Shown in pieces: positions 57,135-64,000 of a stretch of DNA of 64,000 nt. The translations under genes and the position numbers were made by a program. The number at the start of each line of letters is the position of its first letter. Position 1 is the stretch's first letter. This DNA comes from Styela clava (Eukaryota), in assembly GCF_964204865.1 (NCBI RefSeq), contig NC_135257.1, positions 15,686,001 through 15,750,000 on the forward strand, read 5' to 3'. The notes under the pieces were generated by a model. The model saw only the letters and a list, made by a program, of their open reading frames with translations. It ran no database searches and was not told where the DNA came from.

Positions 57135-60100
57135 ATGGATGAATCGGTTTACATGAATGAAGAAATTCATGAAGATGATCTCATTGATATGATGGATGGC
57201 AGTTATGATGTTACAAGACAGGAAGAAGCTGACACTCCGCCACCAAATCAGTGAGGATAGCACTTCTGACTCACACTTGAAACATGTTCATTCTAAACAG
57301 TTTTCTAATTATTTTTGTGAGGAACATAACTCTCTGAATAGAGAACATGACATGAATAGAGTTCGTGCATGATTATCTAAACCAGTGTTTCCCAACCTTT
57401 GGGTGGCGACCCGATATTGTTTCTTGAATTGCTTGTTTCTTCATTAAAATCCTAAAAGTTACTAATTTTATTTTATATTTGGATGTTGCTCAATAGTAAT
57501 TATAATTGTATAGTATAGTCTATGTGGGAAGTATCACAGTTTAAAACTTGGCAGCATTTATTTTGCTCAAGTAAAGTCACAGCTGATGGCAAACTTTTAA
57601 ACTTCGCACATTGAAATGAACGCTATGTAAAAATGTTTGTTTCAGATTGGTCATTTATTTTGCGACCATAAAAGTATTACAGTACATACGGCCATTTAGT
57701 AATTGAGCATATCTTTGGGTCGTGAGATTTTACAAAATGAATCTTGAAAAATGGTTGGGAAACACTGCTCTAACAAAAAGGGACAATTCCGCATATATTT
57801 AGTTTGTCTTGAGATATCTATACAGTGTGATTAGTTTCTTACTGGCAATGGTATTTTGAATGAATTTCTGTGAAACATGAATTGAATGGAAGAAAAATAA
57901 TTTGTTATTACTATATTACTACAATATAGTAAACTAATCAATTTTTTAATTAGGACTATTTAATTACGGTACTCTGCAAATTCAGTGATTATTTGTAATT
58001 TTCCAATTTATTAGGTGATATCTATATATAAAAAACTCCTAAAGTAGCTATTGAGTTATTCAAATGAGATTGGCTATTAAGTGTCTTCTGTTATTTCAAT
58101 TCCTTGTGTTTAAGCTTTCTATAGTTTAAATACTTATTTTGATAAACTTGCAGATGGTATCATGGTAAACTTGATAGAAATATGGCGGAGGAAAGACTGG
58201 TGGAAGCCGGATTACAAGGTGGATATCTTGTGAGAGAAAGTGATAGAAGACCTGGTTCCTATGTTTTATCTTTTTTCAGTATTACTGGAATCACTCATTT
58301 TAGGTATGCTGTTTATTGTTGTTACTTATTAATTAAGATAATCATAAATTATTGTTTGTTAATTATATATTACAGTTGCATTGCAAGCATTGTTTAATAT
58401 GTTTGAATATGTTAATTTATCAAATAAAAAATTAGAAAATTTTTGTTTGGTTAAAAAATGACTGTAAAATTTAATATATCCTTTATGAGCGAATTTCTGA
58501 AAGAAAAAGAAAAATATAATATAAGACTTAGGTTGAACAATGTGAGATATCTAACTCTTTGAAAACATCTAGTTATGCCTATGTTTACAACTCCACATTT
58601 ACTCTTTTTAAAATATACCAAGATCAAAATTATCTTTAAAGTTAAACACCATTGTAGAGATATTATAAAAATACCATAATAATTCTTAGATTGGAAGTTT
58701 AACCTTTATTTTATCTTGGTAGGATACTTGCGGTGTGTGGTGATTTCTACATTGGCGGGCGACAGTTTGATTCATTATCACAGCTTATTGCCTATTATTC
58801 ATTCAAGTCTTGCTTGTTGCAGGTAATTTTATTTATAATTATTAATATTTTAGTAGTTTTGTTAATTTGCTGTTAATTTCGCTTTGTGGATGTGGTGAAT
58901 TGTTTAAAAATATTGGAAATTCTTTGGCATTGTTGTCTTAGTAAAGTAATCTTTAGGTAAATTCGAAAGACTGGTAATTGAAACTTTCGGGGAAGCCAGC
59001 ATTAAAATGCATCCCCATATCACTTTAGGTAAGTGAATTGGAAATCTTTAAAAAAATTTCTACTAGTTGGGAAGAGGAATATAACTCAGTTCCTAGTACT
59101 CTGTTTTCTACTATTTATTAAATAGGAATCGCAGGATATGAGCTTCCGATTCATTCTCTGCATGAATTTCTAAAACTTTTTTCTAGGATGAAATGTTGGA
59201 AGCTCCTGTCGCACCACCAGAACCTGTTGATGATAGGAAAAGAGTAAAAGCTATTTTACCTTATCAAGCTATACCCGGCACTGACAACGATGAATTATCG
59301 TAAGATCTTAAGTCAACTATATCATATAATACTTTCCTGATATATCTGCTTAGCCTTAATAACTGTCAAATGCACATCCATTGGGTCTTGGATTTAGCTC
59401 AGACCACTTTTATGTTTTATTATTCTAGGGAATAATTTTAATTTGCATAACATAGCTCTTTTCTCCAAACTTTTGAAAATTGATGTGATTTACCTTCATC
59501 TATAATTTTCTGCAGTCTCTTGTTGAAATAATAAATCTACAAATAATTTTTTTTACATCTCACGCCACTACCAAATCCATTACTGATATATTCTATGTGA
59601 GAATCTTGTAGAAAACATCTGCTGAAGCTTTTTAACGACTTTTGACATTTTTTGTTTTTTTCAAATAATGCAGATTTGAAAAGAATGATGTTTTCATTGT
59701 ACAAAATGAAATGGGCGGGGAATGGATATGGGTAACATCACTAAGAACAAATGAAAGCGGTTGCGTTTTCAAAGGTAAGTCCTTAAAAAAAATTTCTGAA
59801 TACCCTGTTGGGAACACTTTTAAGCTGAATAGCGAATTGTAACTTACTGGCCTTATTGAATGACCAAATAAACACTTCATGCTGCCGAAGACAATCAGCG
59901 ATTATACTAAATCAACCATGTGAAAACCAATCCCTTGTTAGCGCCTCAAAACATTTTTAAAAGATGGGTCGTCCCCTAAAGCACCCATACAGCTGCATCA
60001 CTCCCCCAATAATTTTGTCTCAAATTTAATATTCTAATGAAATGCAAACTGTCAATAACTAAGTGTCATTATTTAACTGATTATATGGTATGTATACGAT

Positions 60101-63100
60101 GTATAGTTATATTTAATAGTAGTTAAATACTTCATATTATTTAAATAATATATTTATAAAATAACTACAACTTTGTTGCTCAGGTCTTGTTAAAGATCTC
60201 GATCACACTGTGGATCCTCATGAAGGAAAGGAATGGTTTCATTCGATCATCACAAAAGAGCAAGCTTACAATTTACTTATGGCATGTGAGTATTATTATT
60301 GGGAATAAAATTTAATTTTTAATCACATTCAGAGACATTACATTAAGAGAGATTAAAAATATTTTTTACATGCGATTTGAGGCTTCAAATGACTATCGAA
60401 GAATGATAGGATAGGATTAGGGAGAGAGAAGTCGATGAGCTTTCATTATCATACTGCAAACCTTTGTTCTTTGTTATCTGTCCAAGATATTTAACCTCTT
60501 ATCATTTCAAATTCAGTTTATACAACGTTAGGGGATGACACAGCAATGGCTGTATGTTAAATACTTTTTTGCTTCAGTGAAAAATCATATTGAAATATCT
60601 AATATAACATTTTACCTTGTTGAAAAAATGTGAAGTATTGTTTTGCCCCTTTTTCCAACTTTTTTATTAGTTGAGAGAAAATATGCTTGTCTATCTGATA
60701 CTCATTGCACAGATTCTCAAATGAACGATGATTTTGAATAGGTGTAATCGAGTGCTTCATCCATCATTTTGCCTCTCATTGAATAGGCCTATAGCAATTA
60801 TTTTCAATTTTACATCTGAATGGTCATGTATAAATATATATGGATTAAAAAAAAATTTAAAATATTTTTGCTCGACTGATGTTGTTTGATTGAATTATTG
60901 TTAATAAGAAAATCTGGCGGTAATGACTAATATTTTACCGACTTTGTTCAGATGACAGGGTTGGCAGTTACCTCATACGACCCAGTGATTCAACACCTGG
61001 TGATTATGTCTTATACTTTTATACTGGGAAAAGTATTCAACGATTTAAAATTCACAGAAAACATTATAATCGATTTGAAATGGGTGGAAGATTGTATAAC
61101 AGGTTGGAAAAATTTCTATTTAATACACATTATAGCAAGTCATCTGTACGTATTCTGTCTTTATTCTTCAAGGTTGTCTAAAAAAACAAATTTTTTCTTT
61201 TATTCTGACACTGCTTTTGTCAAAGATATTATTACTATTATTTATAAACTCATGCTGTACAACAATTAAAACGAAATGACAATGTGATGTTATCATTTAC
61301 CAATAAGTTTTTGTGGGGTGTAATTCAGGGGTAGTTATTGGATAGTCATCATACAGTCACTTTTTCACTTTTTTTATGGGGTTTTACTCCAGACATAGCT
61401 CTGTATAAGCAGTTACTGATATGTTCCGTTTGGTGTCTTTCTGGTTCAGCGTTTCGAGTTTCTCATATCTTGATGATCTTTTTATGTCATATGCTTCATC
61501 CAAGAATTTCATTATTTTAAGTTCACTTCTGTCTAGTACCGTATTTTAAGTACTATAAAGCGAGCCAGTTCATAAGGCGCACTGTCAATAAATTGCTTAT
61601 ATTGGGATTTGATCGCACATAAGGTGCACCAGGCTAAAAGGCGCAACCGGTACTGGGTTTCAGTGTAGGCAATAAGTATAAATCACTACCTGATTCATAC
61701 ATTAGTAGGTGCGCCAGCTTTTAGGTGCTCGATCGATTTTTGAGAAAACAAAGTATTTAAGGCCCGCAAATTATGGTATTTGTTGTTTTCTTTATTTTGT
61801 GGATTTAAACGCTTCAAGTTTAGATCAACTGATGATAACTGGCATATTTTTCAGAAATAAATTTTTAATGAATTAATGTAGCCTACATAATTGTCGCTTG
61901 TACATATTACACATAATTTGTACACATTAATGTACATAACTCTTTTATTGATAGATATTTCCATGTTCAGTGTCGGTAATTTCAAGAAATTTTACTTGAA
62001 ATACAAAACTTTACATGAATTCGAATTTAGTCTATTTAAAATAATAAAAAAATCACATATCAGCCTAACGTAAAAAAAATATATTCTACAGCATTGATGA
62101 GATTGTTCAACATTATAAAAACGAGCAAATTGTACAAGACCTTTATCTTCAACATGCCGTCGCACAAACTGCAGATGTAAGTCGGGAATGCACAAATGAT
62201 ATTTATCAAACTATCCAGAGAGAAGGACAAGTCGGAAGAGGATTGTTTGATTACAGTAACGTGGTGAAAAGAGGATTTTTATATCGAAAAGGTAGAATTT
62301 TATTCCATTGTATCTCCAGTATTCGGGAGAGTCAATGAATTAAATAAAACTTGAGTTGGACCAGAGTCATTATTTAACAAAGAGCAGGGCGGACTCTAAT
62401 TTGCTGAATGGAATTACTGGAACTCATCGTCAATTATCTGCCAGTGGGACTTTACTTAGTGATTGGCTCGGCAACTCGACTTGACTCAAGATTTTGGGTT
62501 TGGGATCTTCTGAACAACACTGTATATTATCATGTGTATATATGACATTTCTATATCTGAAAAGTTCAAAATCTTAAGAGTTCAGACTTTAGTTCGAATA
62601 TTCACAATCACAACAAACAGATGTTGCATAATTTATAGCACACATTTACCAGTACTTAATTAAAGCGGTTTAACTTGAACTGTTATATAAATGACAAAAT
62701 CATACAGAAAACAAAACATATTATTATTTTTAATTATGAAAAAGAATTTTTTTAAATCAAAATTGAGCTTCAATTACATATACACAAATATTTTTTACAA
62801 ACCTCCTCATGGTTCTGAAATAATATGTGTTTCTTTACTTAAAGGTATTATCAGTACCACCCAGAATTAAATTTATACACTCCCACTTAAAATGCATACA
62901 CCATACCAGTTGTGTGTCAGATTTTATGGGTTTAACATAAAAAAGTCCAATTTAGCAATAGTGAATACCATAGGGATATTTTTTGTGAAACCGAAGAGTA
63001 ATAAATTCCGCTGAACTTCATGAGTTTGTATTTTTTTGTCAATGAAAATTGGTAAAAAGATCACCATATTTGATATTCATTTTCATAACTGTGACTTCTG

Positions 63101-63291
63101 CTACTTTTTCTTGATCTAGGTGTAGGAAAACGTGGATATGAGACTAAAAAATGGAAGCACATGTTTTTCGTATTAGATGGTCAAAAACAACATCTTTATT
63201 ATTTTGAACATGACAAGAAAACAAAACCTAAAGGATTGGTGGATTTGAGCTACGGAGCAGTTTACCCCATACATGACAGCTACTTTGGAAG
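57135..63291 (+). CDS. RASA1: Ras GTPase-activating protein 1 (p120GAP), 5' part: SH2-SH3-SH2-PH; continues beyond the window
   Basis: Exons 57135-57250, 58154-58303, 58723-58822, 59187-59299, 59674-59774, 60184-60285, 60952-61102, 62092-62291, 63120-63291, phase-consistent. PPNQWYHGKLDR...RESDRRPGSYVLSF; PVAPPEPVDDRKRVKAILPY; DPHEGKEWFH; TKPKGLVDLS...HDSYFGR. The start codon is tentative. Confidence 0.95.
57383..57767. mobile_element. hAT MITE (family shared with 44678-44986)
   Basis: CAGTGTTTCCCAACC / GGTTGGGAAACACTG; shared internal tgcgaccataaaagta...gagattttacaaaat. Confidence 0.82.
61539..61776. mobile_element. Degenerate pogo/Tigger-like MITE
   Basis: TA|CCGTATTTT start, repeated TAAGGCGCAC-like subterminal motifs, and a degenerate right end (aaattatgg|TA). 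Confidence 0.45.
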
Positions 63292-64000
63292 GTATGTTTT
63301 TGTTGCTTATAGTGATTTTTTGTTAGTGAAATTGTTTTACATTCGGATTTACTCTGGAGAACAAGGTTTTGTAAAAACCTTCGCAGATATATAAAGAGCT
63401 ATTATTTTTAGAAGGATGGTAAGAGGCCGATTTAGCTTCTAGTAGAATTGATAACTGTTTACATGATTCATTGCTTACTCTCTTGGTTAGGTTGTTGACG
63501 TTGGATTTAATATTATAGGATTATATATTGGAATATTAGTAATACATCAAGATACAAAATTCCCCACTCAAGAAGGACAAAATTACCCTTTAGGAAGAAA
63601 TTTTTCCCTGGTTAGAAAACATGGCACTCAGACATCATATTAGCTTGAATTTTAAATTTAATATTCGAATATTCATTTAAATTGAAAAGAGGGAACAATA
63701 AAAACAGAAATAGTATACCCTTGTAAGTTTGGGCTCAATATTGTATATTTGCAAATTGCAATGTATTGGACTATTGGTGTTGATGAGCTATTCTGAGCGC
63801 TTATATTAATGATATATCACAATGCTTCAAAAGTGAAAGTTTAATATTTTATCTGTTTTGAAATTTTGTGGGACCAATGCACAAAGTGCAATCTCGAATC
63901 ATAGATATTCTGTTGACTCAAGTCCTTCCAAAACTAGATTTTTGCTTATCAGTGGTGCATGAAAGGCATAAAAATGACTCATAAAAAACAGGCATTTTTA

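Overview
AT-rich eukaryotic (animal) genomic DNA with many short spliceosomal introns. The gene content and compact intron style suggest an invertebrate chordate such as a tunicate (inference). Five multi-exon genes were reconstructed by hand from splice sites and protein motifs: a CALHM-family channel (+, 8588-10824), ING3 (+, 20395-22913), a ZNRF3/RNF43-type PA-TM-RING ligase (-, 31568-25277), BAZ1B/WSTF (-, 52550-36442), and the 5' part of RASA1/p120GAP (+, from 57135, running off the window). The first 20 kb is rich in transposons: hAT elements with 8-bp TSDs, a pogo-like MITE, a ~1.57-kb fold-back element with TATGG..CCATA ends and a 6-bp TSD (IS3EU-like), and a 2812-bp tandem duplication that breaks inside that fold-back. 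Introns carry a tRNA-derived SINE, DINE-1/Helentron-like elements and other MITEs. The most notable observations are: (1) BAZ1B appears to lack its PHD finger cleanly and has an insertion in its bromodomain; (2) the large palindrome, whose three N-runs sit at roughly homologous positions; (3) a U12-type intron in BAZ1B; (4) an in-frame upstream ATG/TAG in RASA1 in a readthrough-like context. No CRISPR array, rRNA gene or bona fide tRNA gene was seen. Family assignments rest on motifs recognised from memory; no database searches were run.
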